Part shown: one piece after another, positions 25,646-39,063 of the stretch
How positions within the stretch are numbered: the stretch's first letter is position 1
Layout of the letters: each line of letters opens with the position of its first letter
Assembly (NCBI RefSeq): GCF_006345805.1
Contig: NC_043006.1
Location: 77,624,001-77,688,000, forward strand
DNA: 64,000 bases
Direction of reading: 5' to 3'
DNA from: Octopus sinensis
Lineage: Eukaryota
The notes under the pieces: generated by a model
Databases searched by the model: none
What the model saw: the letters and a program-made list of their open reading frames with translations, nothing else
Told to the model about the DNA's origin: nothing
Translations under genes and position numbers: made by a program

Positions 25646-26087
25646 TAACTTTTCCCTTACTATTTTTATTATTTTCTTTTACTTTCTCACAGCTTGCTTG
25701 TCACTCTAGCCAGAATTCCATTTCTAAAGAGTGAATGGTAGTAAAACAATTGACTCTGACTTTAAAAGTACTAAACCCTAAAGTGTCAAGATTCGGTCTA
25801 ATTAGCCACTTCAGTGTGTGCCGCTCTTCCTCATAAATTTCAAACACGAAGAAGCTTCAATCAAGTACGAATGTATGTACGTACGTATGTATGTACGTAT
25901 GTATATATGAACGAACGTATGCAGGTATGTGCGTATGTATGAACGTATGTATGTATGCGCGTATCCATGTATTTATTAACAGACAATGACAATGACAAAA
26001 TTATGTAAAATGTAAAAACAGTGTAAATTTATTTAATCTCATTCCATTGTTCTGTCTGAAAATATTCAGTCTTATGTCCGTCTTATG

Positions 26088-26156
<69 letters not shown>

Positions 26157-26236
26157 CCCTCTCTCTCTCTGTATATATATATATGTATATATATATATAT
26201 TACATATATATATATATATACATATATATATGCATA

Positions 26237-26324
<88 letters not shown>

Positions 26325-26859
26325 GTATGTATGTATATATATATATTGATTAATTCCTTGGTCATACTTTCCTTATAACTGAATGTACTATTAATACTTT
26401 CATGGATCTCTCAGCGAAAGAAAAGCAACATCATCAAAATAAATATTTAATTAAAAATGTTGAGGGAATATACTAAATTCTGCACAATAATAATTCTGGC
26501 GCCGAGTCATTTATAATGACTTACTGCCCCGTACACAAGTAGAATGATTAGATACTTTGACAAATGGACAAAGATTGCCTTGCAATTACTCATTTCTCTT
26601 AGATTCGAAAATGATAAAAGCCACTCCCAGTTTCAGTTCGGCTAGGACACATAGCATTTTGAGGTGTCAGATGTACTTTAGGGTGCAAGCACGGTTATGT
26701 GTATAAAGTATCACTTCGCAAAGATGTACCTCCGGGTTCAATCACAAGCACGGCACAGTAGTCAATGGTTTCTTACTTCATCGCGTTTAGCTGTATTCCG
26801 CCGTTTACAACGGTCTTGCAAATGGAATTTGTGGAAGCATATGTGCACTTTCCATGTGT

Positions 26860-27600
26860 ATATTACGAAGATGGCAACACTGTGTAGGCGAGTGGCTGGG
26901 TGGATTCCGAGGACATTCAAAACCAAGAAAAAGCCCTGGATCGGAAAAAGAAAGCCTTGCTACTCCTACCAAAGACTTTCGTTCTCAGCTGCTTGGACTA
27001 CTACTCCCCACTATGAACCCCAGAGAGTGTGAAGTAACTCGAAGCAATCCAGTGTCAATACACAATGAACTCGAAGCAATCCAGTGCCAATACACAAAGA
27101 GGATTGTCTCAATGCGAAAGGTGGGCCACTGGGAGAGGCTAAAAGAACTGAGTCTCTATTCCCTGGATAGAAGTTGTGAGAGATATGCGGCGATATATAT
27201 TTGGAAGATATTGGAGAATTTAATTCCCAATTTTAGAATTGACAGCTCTACCAATCATCAAACTCGACCGCACTGCATCATACCAAAGATCCTGTCTTCC
27301 CCACCTAAAATAAAGACACAGCACTGCAATAGTCTGGGTTTCAAGGGCCCGCATTTTTTTAACATCTTTCCAAGCAACCTTGGAGATCTACATGGTGTTG
27401 ATGTGGAAATTTTCAAGGAAAGTTTGGGCAGGTTTCTATCTGAGATACTAGATGAACCCACATCGCGGCAGGAGAGGCAAAGAAGTGCAGCTCAGTCCAA
27501 CTCGCTACTTCACCAAAAACAATACTGGAAACAACAGCAGTGACCATAGGTGGTGCACCAGCATGACCTCAGCCCTGGGCTGAAACCAGTAAAAGGTAAC
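26860..27600 (+). mobile_element. 5'-truncated CR1/L2-group LINE: ORF2 C-terminus plus 3' tail
   Basis: KMATLCRRVAGWI.RTFKT / KTFVLSCLDYYS / ELEAIQCQYTKRI...WERLKELSLYSLDR..ERYAAIYIWKILENLIPN...SNSLLHQ. Frameshifts and a 32-bp internal duplication (27036-27099). The tail has a CAGCC-CTG-GGCTG stem-loop. Confidence 0.85.
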
Positions 27601-27915
27601 AGATAATACATTACACACACACACACAGAAACACACACATATATATATATATATATACGTCTGTATTAGTTAGAGGTTAAACAACCATCTAAGGGATAAA
27701 AATATCCAATATAGTAATGGATGCATACTAATGTATTTATATCCAGATGTTCACTGCTGTAGGGCAGTAGCAAAATTAATTGAATAATAGGTATGAGTAA
27801 GGGTAATACAGAAATTTACCCAGAATTTATAAGTCAAAGAAGAAAATGGAGAAGATAATTAATCAACAAACATCAGCCTGCAAAAAAAAACGAAATAATT
27901 ATTATCGTTAATTCA

Positions 27916-28266
27916 GTTGTGTGTGGGGAGAATCATTTTCTTTTTTGCCTTAATATGTAACACACTCACCGGTAACATTTCCACGTTTTTGTTATTTCTA
28001 TTGTCCTAAAATTTTCTTTCCGTCTAGCAACCTTTTTGAGACTATAGCTTTGATGGAAAATTATCCATAATTGTTAAGCTCCAAAGGTATTGTGATTTAT
28101 ATCGAATTAAATCTTCAAAAAGCACAGTATTGAAATCAGTATTGAAAAGGTTGCAAGACGCAAAGAAAATTTTAGGACAATAGAAATAAGAAAAACGTGG
28201 AAATTTTACCGGTGAATGTGTTACATTATAAGGCGCAAAAAGAAAATGACTCTCCCCAGACACAAC
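27916..28266. repeat. ~350-bp foldback: ~120-bp inverted arms (27916-28036 and 28145-28266) around a 108-bp spacer
   Basis: The arms are reverse complements at roughly 85-90% identity by eye. The arm sequence recurs at ~15270-15432 and ~34265-34400. Confidence 0.85.
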
Positions 28267-28929
28267 AGAATATGCTTCAACACATGAACTCATATAAAAA
28301 ATCTAGCAAACCAAATCCAAAAATGAAATATTATTGTTAAGTAAACTAGAAAGATGACACTGAATTGGATTCCACCTATGATTACACAAGAGTATTGACA
28401 TCTGCAAGACAGGATATATAACAGAAGATTCATGTAGCTTAACATATTGATAACCTCTATGTATTCACATTAGGAAAATTACCAGTATATATAATCCTGA
28501 TAGATTTTTGCATCTAATGTTATACCGTGATTTAAAAAAAAAGAAGATATAATAACTTGTTGTATATATGAAAACAATTATGTATTAAATAAAGTTACTG
28601 ATTTCGAATTGGTGAAATGTTATACATTGTTCAGAAATGCTGTTTTAGCAGTAGGAAATAAGAGCAGTGGGATTTGTATAGTATATAAGTCTCAAAAGAA
28701 AATGAAATAGGTGTTAGAATATTTAATAATGTACATTGGTAAGTTAAAACAATTTAGCATGTATACAATAAAACAAACGAACATGAGACGATAGATTTGA
28801 TGGAAAATTATCAACAATTGTTAAGTCCCAAAGGTATTGTAATTTATATCAAATTAACTCTTCAAAAAGCACAGTATTGAAATCAGACATGGTTAATTTT
28901 CAAAGTGCACTGATTACTTTTTATGCTGT

Positions 28930-29790
28930 CGGCTTGTGGGAAATAAGTTGTTCACAGGCAGAAACTGTTGCTGCTGTTTCGAACTCAAGTGCACGTATTG
29001 TATATGGTGTAATTACTTAAACTTTATAATTATTCACACTTCAAATATCTCCGCAAACATTACAAGGCCAAATTATCAGCATTGTAACATGGAGTCACCA
29101 GAAAACTCAGCATTTTCTATATGCACCCGCTTTTGTGTGACGCATCAGAGGTTCATGTGATCCCTTCTTGTGTCGAAATGGTATTTTACTGGACCTAGCT
29201 GTATTCCATTTATGGTGAAATGTCTACTTGTTTTTTGATTCGTTCTTTTTCTTTTAAATTTTGTGCTATTTTCCAGCTCCCACGGTCAGTGTGTATCTTC
29301 GAATCATTCTCAAATCATATAGAGTTCTATCGTCTTTCCTAGAGAATCTACAACCAAACCCACGATAATCACTTGCACTGACATTTTCATTTACAACGTT
29401 CCTCAACCACACCTAATATTTTGAACTTCTCATGTGTCTCCCCTACTCCGTCCTTCCAGAGTACATTTGTGGCCAATAAATTTAAGACGTCTCGTTCTCA
29501 TACCATTAACGTGATGTTTGCTCTCATCAAAGACTTGGTGAAATTTGATGGAAACTTCAGATTACCTGCCATTTCAATTGTCATCACATCGCCATGAGCT
29601 GTAGAGAGCACATTATAAAGTATTTGGGGATATGTTATTAGGTCACTCCTCCAGAGGGAAAACGACAAACTTCCAGGCTGTAGAGTTTGTGATTCTACTG
29701 TCAGATTCTTGGCAATCTGTTTATGATTCCTGCTTGACGCTCCACAACCAGCACTTGCAAAGCACCCCTCCACACACACAATAATTGTAG
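28930..29790 (+). mobile_element. Highly decayed piggyBac transposase C-terminal remnant
   Basis: KWY followed after a frameshift by LLDLAVF (~29175-29215). Cys-rich tail remnants CRVC (29679-29690) and DAPQPAL near 29740. Many stops and frameshifts. Confidence 0.4.
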
Positions 29791-30224
29791 AATCCCATCA
29801 ATATTACACATATAGATGTGGTTAGAAACCTCAGTGTGTTCCATTCAAATCATATTCTCACATATTTGATCGTCTCAGGGTTTGTTTTATTACTGAACTA
29901 CCGCTTTAAACTAATCTTGGAAATTTTACTACAGAAGTCAACATTTCCTGCTGTTTTATTTGGGTATGGAAAATATGATGAGATATTGTCCCTCTTTTAC
30001 TAGAATCAGTGCGACGCGTCATTAAGATAAACTCCGTTGTAGTAGCATGTTTGATGTAATCCGTAGCCGAGATGTTGAAGTATATCTACAATTTATGTCA
30101 CGTACTGACGATTTTGTACTGTATTTAGTTCCAAATCTACCATGATCAAACTGACATATGATGAAAACCATACTAACATACGCAATCGTTTATTTTCAGG
30201 GTTATCGATCCGAACACAGTGAAG

Positions 30225-30540
30225 GTGGGTGATCTGCTTATTAGGTTGCTGCACTTACAATCGGGAGATCGTGAGTTCGATTCCATGGCTGAGCAGCGCG
30301 TTGTGTTCCTGAGCAAGACACTTCATTTTACGTTGCTCCCTTTTGGGTGTGTGTGGAGTGTCAGCCTGCCTCATTTCCCGTAGCTCCAGTCCTCCTTTTG
30401 CGTGTGTGTATGGAATGTTTACCTGCTTGCTTAGCCAGCGGCTGGTGACGTTATTTGACAGTTAAAACAATGCAAAAGTGCTCTGTGACCAGCGATGTGT
30501 AGCAACATCCAATACCCTGGTCGGTTACATGATCATGTGG
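30225..30540 (+). mobile_element. Decayed SINE family C copy
   Basis: GGGAGATCGTGAGTTCGATTCC (B-box-like) and the tail GTGACCAGCGATGTGTAGCAACATC..CCTGGTCGGTTAC. Confidence 0.7.
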
Positions 30541-32976
30541 TATATACGAACACACCACTCAATTTTTTGAAGACGTTTGTTGTCTATTTCAGAAACGTTA
30601 GGTTTCTATATTCTTGCAGATCACATCAAGAATCTAAATGGCCGTTATTTGTGTTAGATCAATACTTATTTATTAATCAGAATATCTCAGTAATTTTCAT
30701 TAGATATAAAAGCAATGCACTTTAGATGGGTTTTATGTCACGATATTCGTACAATGAACAAGAAAAATCTATCTGTTAATGAGGATAATTAACTGCCTAT
30801 AGTAATTGAAACTGCAATATGAATTACACAAGTTGGAAGTATGTCTTTTGTTCTACGTCGTTTGCCAAATGGATTAAAATAATAGAATTGCTTAATGCTT
30901 ATCTACAAATGTAAAATACGCAAGAATCATTAAAAAGCTTGATTACTGAAGCAGCCATTGTAAGTTTGCTTATTGCAGATTTAGTAGCAGAATATACAAA
31001 TTCAATTACATATCTACTATGAATGTTGACAAATGATACAGAAATTTCGTCAGCCATTAATAACGATAATGTAAAAGTAAAATGTAAGTAGGGTACATTA
31101 CAGTTGATAGCATATTTGATAATTATATTTGGTCATGTTCAAACCGCATTGGTAATGTTAATGCAGAAATCATTGGAATAGAATAAGTAAAAATAGAAAA
31201 GAATAATGAGTACCTTTGCTGAAATCTCAGCAATTAAAATAATTGAAGAGCATAAAGGGTCTATATCACAGATATAGGTCAGTCTTTATAGCATTTCTGA
31301 AAATTTGCATGATAATTGCTTTCTATAAATCACTTTTAATTTTCGAATATTCCATTATAGTTTGTATCTTTATTGAAGAAGAAATTTATTAATATTCTAC
31401 ATAAAATACTTGTGTATGTAAAAGTTAAGTGTCAGTATTTCTGAAATTAAAGGAATTATTGTGAAAAATATATGTAATTTTAACTTATTTTATGAATTAA
31501 TGTCTACCTGTTAAAAGGTATAGCAAGTATTGAGTGTATAGCTAAATGATGTAAGATTATTCTTTTAACAGACATACGTTTTTGCTTCATGTAAAATCTT
31601 GTTTGAAAGTATTAAATTAATTGAACTCCAAAGCTTACACTTATGAGAACATTGACTAATTCAGGTTATCAAAATATAGATTGCAATTTGTTATTCGTTA
31701 TTCCTTTAACATATTTTCGCCTCCTCTTCCCACAACAATATATGAAGACTTGAAAATTTGATTGCATATAGTGTGCGACTGTCTGTGATGGAAATTCATT
31801 CCCAGAAATGTTGAAAGCCCTATATGAGAAATTAGACACTACAAATATAACAAACCCTTTCATACCTTTGAAAGTTTATTATTTTCCAAAGCACTCCGCT
31901 ATCAAAAAATAATTATTTGCTAAATATCGAGCAGATGGTTAACATAACTATGAATTTTGTATAAACTCTATAAATATATTATATTAATAAGAGCGTTTTA
32001 TAGTTGAGTGATGTTTCTAACTTAAAGGTGCTTAATATCCAAATGTTATTAATTCCAAATACACACTTATGATAAGTATCTCATGTGATGAAAACTAACA
32101 AATAAAACTTAATGTATAAGATCTATCCTGATGTGAGATCAGAGGAAGAGATAAACCTGGATAAAACAAGACATGATCTGAACCCAGAAATTACATGACT
32201 TTTGGTATATTTGAAATAAAGTTGTGTAGCTCTATAATCATAGGTTAGTTAACACTAAATCAATTTTTATTATTATTTGTGTTTTTGAATTCAAAGTAGT
32301 GCAGATTAACCCAGCAACAATACCCACGACACTTACATACTTAAATTGTCAGAAGAAGCCCTTAATCCTGAAGCGATATGTTTCACAATAAAAATACGTT
32401 TAATTTAGCATTCTCTGAACATTATAGCGATTATGAAATGGAAGCAAGAAAGTGTTGACGGATCATTTTCTATTTTCGCCCTTCAGCAAGTCATTTCTTC
32501 TGCTTTTCATTAAAATCTTGTATGAACAGAAGTTGTTTCGATTCTTAGTGAACTTAAGATAATTACCGTCATCAAGAAACCCGAGATGCCAAAAGGTTAT
32601 GATATCATAACAATCAAATTAAGACAAAGAACGTAATGCTCGAGGAAAAGAAAGGACTATTTCTGTATTGTTTATATTTGATTTTTATTGTTCTTGCTTC
32701 TGACTTCGTTTATAATTATATGTATGGCCTTCAAAATTAATAGAATACAGATGTACGGCAGGTTTTTTTTTCTCTTGAAGTGTTTTATTTTTAATATTTT
32801 CATGAAGATGAAACAGTTTTTAAATAGCAAAGGTGACTTGTAACAGGGAGACATATTTCACATTCTTGTCATGTGGCATATTACCAAACAAAATTCTTAA
32901 CTTGAAAATTCTATAATAATTTTTTAAACACTTCGAAATTAAGGATATTAAAGACGATGTCGGCGATGCAATGCTA

Positions 32977-33021
<45 letters not shown>

Positions 33022-33050
33022 CAGTATCAGCAGCAGCAGCAGCAGTAGTG

Positions 33051-33081
<31 letters not shown>

Positions 33082-33115
33082 CAGCAGCGACAGAGGCAGC
33101 AGTAATAATAGAGGC
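32977..33115. repeat. (AGT)n/(AGC)n microsatellite
   Basis: Direct inspection. Confidence 0.9.
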
Positions 33116-33861
33116 AGTACCAACAACTCTAGTTGAAGGGGTAATTTAGGTTAGGGCTGTAGTAGCGATGGTGCTATGGATTCTAGGTGAGATATTTCTC
33201 GCTGAACATTAGAAAACAATCTAAATACATACTACTGAAAGGAAAAAATAAACAACGAATTCATTATAAGATACAGCTGAACTGCAAAATATTAAAATCA
33301 ATAAACTTCAGAACTCCTGCAAATTAAACAATTCAAAACAGGTTATATATTTTGTTTTTCTTGCAAACGAGTAATAATGTCTTGTGCTTTGCGATGTCAT
33401 TTATCATTATTTAGTTCATTGTTAATTCAAATAATTCAGCAAACAATTTTAATGGTACCAGCGTCATATACATTACAATAGTAATAACTATATACTAACA
33501 TTGAATACTCTGTTGTCGGTGACAGGTTAAATTACATCACAAATTACAGTGACATGTAAATTAGAGAATCTGTCTCTCACGTGTGTTTTTGCTAATTCTA
33601 CAGACGGTGTTGTCGGCAGGTCTTTGATTATTAAATCCGTTAATATTTTAATGTTTCCATTCCTTTTATAACGAAATACGTCGTATTAAAAAAATTTTAC
33701 TACATACAAGGATTAGTTCAATTATAATTGGAACTTTGCATTTTTCAAAGAGAGAAACTCTACTACACACGTGTGAATTTGAAATAAATTATCATTTCTC
33801 TATATAGATACAAAACACATATAAAACTTAAGTTAGGCGTAGGTAGGTAGGAGTGGCTATA

Positions 33862-34261
33862 GGCGTAGGAGTGGCTGTGTGGTAAGCAGCTTGCTTACCA
33901 ACTACATGGTTCCGGGTTCAGTCCCACTGCGTGACACCTTGGGCAAGTGTCTTCTACTGTAGCCTCGTGTCTTCTACTGTAGACGGAAACTGAAAGAAGC
34001 CCGTCGTATATATGTGTATATATATGTGTGTGTGTGTATGTGTTTGTGTGTCTGTGTTTGTCCCCACAACATCGCTTGACAACCGATGCTGGTGTGTTTA
34101 CATCCCCGTAACTTAGCGGTTCGGCAAAAAACCCAATAGAATAAGTACTAAGCTTCCAAACAATAAGTCCTGGGGTTGATTTGCTCGACTAAAGTCGGTG
34201 CTCCAGCATGGCCACAGTCAAATGACTGAAACATGTAAAAGAGTAAAGAGTAAAAAGAGTA
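33862..34261 (+). mobile_element. Full-length SINE family A
   Basis: tRNA-like head GGCGTAGGAGTGGCTGTGTGGTAAG...GGTTCAGTCCC, an internal TA/TG repeat, a LINE-like 3' stem-loop and a (GAGTAAAA)n tail. Confidence 0.9.
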
Positions 34262-35796
34262 CTATTTTGTTATGTCTGGAGAGAGTCGTCCTCTTTTATG
34301 GCCTTATTATTTAACACACTGACCAGTAAAGTTTCCCCTCATTTGCTTATTTATTTTTCCCTAAACTTTCGTTGCGTCTTGCAACATTTTCAATACTCGT
34401 TACTATAATAATTGTAATATTAACATATTCAGACATATGTCATTTTTCAAAGGGAGAATCTCTACCACACACGTGTGAATTTGAAGTAAATTTTCGTTTC
34501 TCTATATAGACATAAAAACTCATATAATGTAGTAAACCGTTACATTATAATAATTTTATTGAATCTTTTGAAAATTCAATATCAATGCTCTCTTTAGTGA
34601 ACTGTGTATACATCTCAGAATATACAGTATCTGTATTGCGTGTATCCATATTATGCTACAAAGATTGTTTGAACTACATTTTATAAAGAAATCCTTAATG
34701 AGAATCTCCTAAATTTTCTACAGATAACAATTCTCGCATTTTCAAATTACACAGGTTTTTCTCACATACACACCTTTTTGTCTTCTTTTATCCTGTTTAG
34801 GCGGTGAAGTAATAATGATGATAAAAGGGATGTGAGCATCGTTGCAAAAGAATAAATCAAAAAAGGATAAAAGCAAAAGAAACAAAAGTTTCAGTGTTTG
34901 TTAAATTTAGCATCGAAAATCAATAAAGAAACCAAGCATAGCTCTTTTTGCCAATAAAGCTACCAAACATAAACTGTAATTAGAAGTTCTCTTAATTAAT
35001 TTACAACGAATTTAGTTGTAATGGAAAGATAAAAATTCCGTTACTACTCTTGGTATCCACTCAAATTTGTAAATGCAAATATCATTTCAGTTTCTCACTT
35101 TGGGATTTTACACATGTTTGGTGAATGGAATGATATATCAATCACTTAAATGTAATAGTCGATGCATTATTCAGTAATGTTTTAGTTAGTTTAGTATTCA
35201 AGCATTAAATTTTCTTTTATTATATCAATGATAGGTAACATTTCTAGACATTAGTTCCCTGTGCTTTAGTTTCATTAACTATGATATTTCCTAAATCACA
35301 CCAATTTCTAAACGGACACTGGTACAATATATTCAAGGAAAACATAGCAATTAGGAAGATTTGGAGAGGATGAGCAGATTCCTCTGGCAAAAGACCTTTA
35401 TAAAAATGCCAAGGATATTTGAATTAAATTGAACAGGAACATTATAACTGTGAATGAAATACCTACTAAAAAGTCATTCAATAGTTCTGGATTAAGATCT
35501 AGGAGCAGGGCAATAATACAGATCGAAGGAATTCTACAGTTCATTTAGAAGCAGTGCCTCTAGAGAATATGCGGACTTATTAATGTTAGTATAGTGAAGA
35601 TTTGGGTTAGAAAAAGGTGAGAAACCAACACTGAAAACAGGAGTATTAATCAGTGACAAAATTACCACGCTAGATAATGAAACATAGACGCATGAGATGC
35701 ACCAAACGCAAACATTTGAAGGGAACGATGAAACATAAAGATTATAGATACGTTTGTTTTAAAAAGTAAGTAGAAAATTGCAAACAACAAATATAT

Positions 35797-36028
35797 ATTT
35801 CTTTACTATCCACAAGGGGCTAAACATAGAGGGGACAAACAAGGACAGACAAACGGATTAAGTCGATTACATCGACCCTAGTGCGAAATTGGTACTTTAT
35901 TTATCGACCCCGAAAGGATGAAAGGCAAAGTCGACCTCGGCGGAATTTGAACTCAGAACGTAACGTCAGACGAACTACCGCTAATCATTTCGCCCGGCGC
36001 GCTAACGTTTCTGCCAGCTCGCCGCCTT
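35797..36028 (-). mobile_element. Near full-length SINE family B
   Basis: The reverse complement begins AAGGCGGCGAGCTGGCAGAAACGTTAGC and includes GCCTTTCATCCTTTCGGGGTCGATAAAT (Deu/Nin-like domain). Confidence 0.85.
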
Positions 36029-37482
36029 GAACAAATATAGACAAATATAGTTAATAAACAACACAAAATCTTTCTAACAGTAAGTTATAGTTGTACTCTT
36101 TTCGTCTGAATAATAAAAATGTCAGCATGATAAGGCAAGCATAATGAAACAAAGCAGAATAAAGGCGGACTTTATAATGAACAAAACGGAAATAGCAAGA
36201 TTATATTTGCTACATGTACAATGGAATATTTGAATGCGAGTGTTAAGAATCGTCCACAATCACGTGTCAAGAGAATGGGAGCACAGCTATAATCTCTACT
36301 ATAATAGGATCGGAACTCTCCACCAAGAAAAGCCATGAATACTCGAGCAATGATACGCATGAAAACAAATCATTAATAATTAAAATTGAAATGAATACCA
36401 CCTAGCAAATAAAAGATATCCTTAAATAGGTGCGTGAATTTCCTTTACGCCAGAATATATAAGATATTGGTTTCAAATTTTGGCAGGAGACCATGCTGAG
36501 TAAAAATCCACTCTAGGGCTCAACTGGAACTGATTTTATTGACCCCGAACGGAAGACAGGGGAAGTCGACTTCGGCAGTATTTGAACATAGGACGCAAAT
36601 CCCGACAAAATGCTAAGCAACTTGCCCGGTGTGTGAAAGATTCTGCCATCTCACTGATTTAACACAATATACAAGTTATTACCATGTATTTTGGGTCAAA
36701 AATCTGTGACAACGTAAATAAGAGGTCGAACTTTACAACAGAAAACACGGAAATGCACAGCATAGCATGACTTACATAAACGACAAGTAACTGACTTTAT
36801 TACATAAACTGCAGACTTTGTAACCCAATGGAGATACTACAACCAGCTTATAACAACAAGTCTCAAATCATCTCTGGTTTTAAAGTTTTTTTAAAGCTGT
36901 TCTTCCCAAAAGACTTGCTATATTAAATATCAAGTAAATCAATTGTCTTTCATATTAATGTTCTTAAGGACTTTGCTTCTTAAGATATTCCAAAATAGAA
37001 TTTATATTACTGAACTTATTATTATATAATCATCATCATCATCAGCGTCATCATCAACATCAATTTTATTGTTGTTGCTATTGTTGTTGTTATTCACACC
37101 GTGTATGCTTTGTTTACACGTCTCCCCGAAAAGGAATATTTTGTCAAATATACTTTCTTTCAAAATACATTCTCATATATAGTTGACATCCTAAACTACA
37201 AGGCAAATTCTTACGAAAACGAACTCATGAAAAAATAAGGTTTGTCTTAGTTTTGACACTTCATCTACAAAAGCATACAATCATGTGGTCTTGGATATTT
37301 AATACTATAACAACAAAACGAAAACAGTAATGGAGAAAATTAATATAGTTTACATACACAGAAATAATTTATTTTAAATAAATCGTAGATAGAATAACCA
37401 ATGCCGAGGTCATCAAAATACTAGTCTCTACAGTCTACAACACTAAAACACTACAAGAAAAAAACAACCAAACTGTGTCCTA

Positions 37483-37552
37483 ATGAAAATGAATCCTCAC
37501 CTACGTAAGACGAACATCTCTTCCTCACCAAGTAACTTCCTGCGAAGACAAA
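37483..37552 (+). CDS. Candidate first coding exon (MKMNPHLRKTNISSSPSNFLRRQ), unidentified
   Basis: ATG at 37483, open to the donor AAA|GTGAGT (37552/37553, phase 1), preceded by A/C-rich UTR-like sequence. An alternative donor TAC|GTAAGA lies at 37504. Confidence 0.2.
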
Positions 37553-38120
37553 GTGAGTATGTGCTATGCAGCATCAACTGCAACAGAGCGTAATATGTAA
37601 CACCAACGTCATTGCAAGCACAGGTACTTGTGATGAATTTTTAAAAAATTGAATTAAGAGAATCTTTATAGTTGGGTTAAAATACGCTGCGGTATTTTTT
37701 TCTCCTCTATGAGTTCTTAGATCATATCCCGCTGAAATCAAATTCATCTGTTATCTTTCCGCGGACAATGAAATAAAGCATCAGTCAGTATAGGGATCGA
37801 ATTTACTTCATTCACTAAATTCGAGTTCTTGTGACTATATTTGAAACAACTAATTTTATTATTGGTGTAACGACACGATTGGTAGAGTGGAGGTGAACAT
37901 GTTCAGTGCACTTGAGTTACCACGTGACATATCCTGGGTTCAAATCCATCCTAGTACATATTTACTTGCCTATGTTCAAGCAACAATAAAACAATACAAT
38001 GAACCAAAACGTATGGTCGATATTAGCATATGTGGTTTCCTATACATTTATGTTCGTTTGCCTATACGATAAATCATTAAAATAGTTTCCTATAATGTAA
38101 AGCACAAATGCAGATATGTA

Positions 38121-38166
<46 letters not shown>

Positions 38167-38775
38167 TATATATATATATATATATCTGTGTGTGTGTGAG
38201 AGAGCCTGTAGGTATTTATGTTTGTACGTATGTATTCATTATTACTCTGCCTTTCATTCGAAATGGAATATTCGAGAAATTTCCACATGTTGTTTTGAAA
38301 ATATGTTAGAGGTGAAATAGGAAAAGAAATATATCATTCTTATTGTGTTGATCAGCTGTCAAAAATATAATCAATGTTGACAATAACTAGTCTTAACAAC
38401 AACAAAAAATAACAGAACAAAAGAACAAAGAATATACAATTTACAAATGCAATTTCAAGTATGAGATATGTTTATTTCTTTTCAAAACAAAGAACAGTAT
38501 ACATTATTAAACATATGTAAGCAAAATGAAAAATGTCTGCAGGTTTTAGATGATTTACACCTATATAAAACACAAATCCCTGAATATAAAAAAAAAATTA
38601 ATTTCAAATTTTGTTTTCAATTGTATTCCTGGGTATTATGAAATATAGTTATTTTTCATTTGAAGTTTTCCCATAAAGTTTATTACTTTTTTTGCAATTA
38701 AATAATTAAGTATGGTAGCAATTGAATATATAATAGCATTAAAATGCTCTTAGAATACGTACACATATGTATGTT

Positions 38776-38830
<55 letters not shown>

Positions 38831-38835
38831 CACAC

Positions 38836-38924
<89 letters not shown>

Positions 38925-39012
38925 GTAAATATATATATATGTATATATATATATGTATATATTATATGTATATATATTATATATATATGTATATATATAT
39001 ATTATATGTATA

Positions 39013-39063
<51 letters not shown>

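Noticed and set aside
30720-31330. AT-rich hydrophobic-looking minus strand considered as a NUMT or receptor pseudogene
   Set aside because: Stops in all frames even under the invertebrate mitochondrial code, and no recognisable motif.
31669-31863. 64-aa ORF ending NFQVFIYCCGKRRRK, superficially like GPCR TM7/helix 8
   Set aside because: No upstream TM-encoding frame; the ATG lies within a donor-like GTATG; neighbouring frames are full of stops.
33862-33940. tRNA-like sequences (also at 3299, 15766, 44996 and 47305)
   Set aside because: They are SINE heads continuing into SINE bodies, with no complete cloverleaf or acceptor stem.
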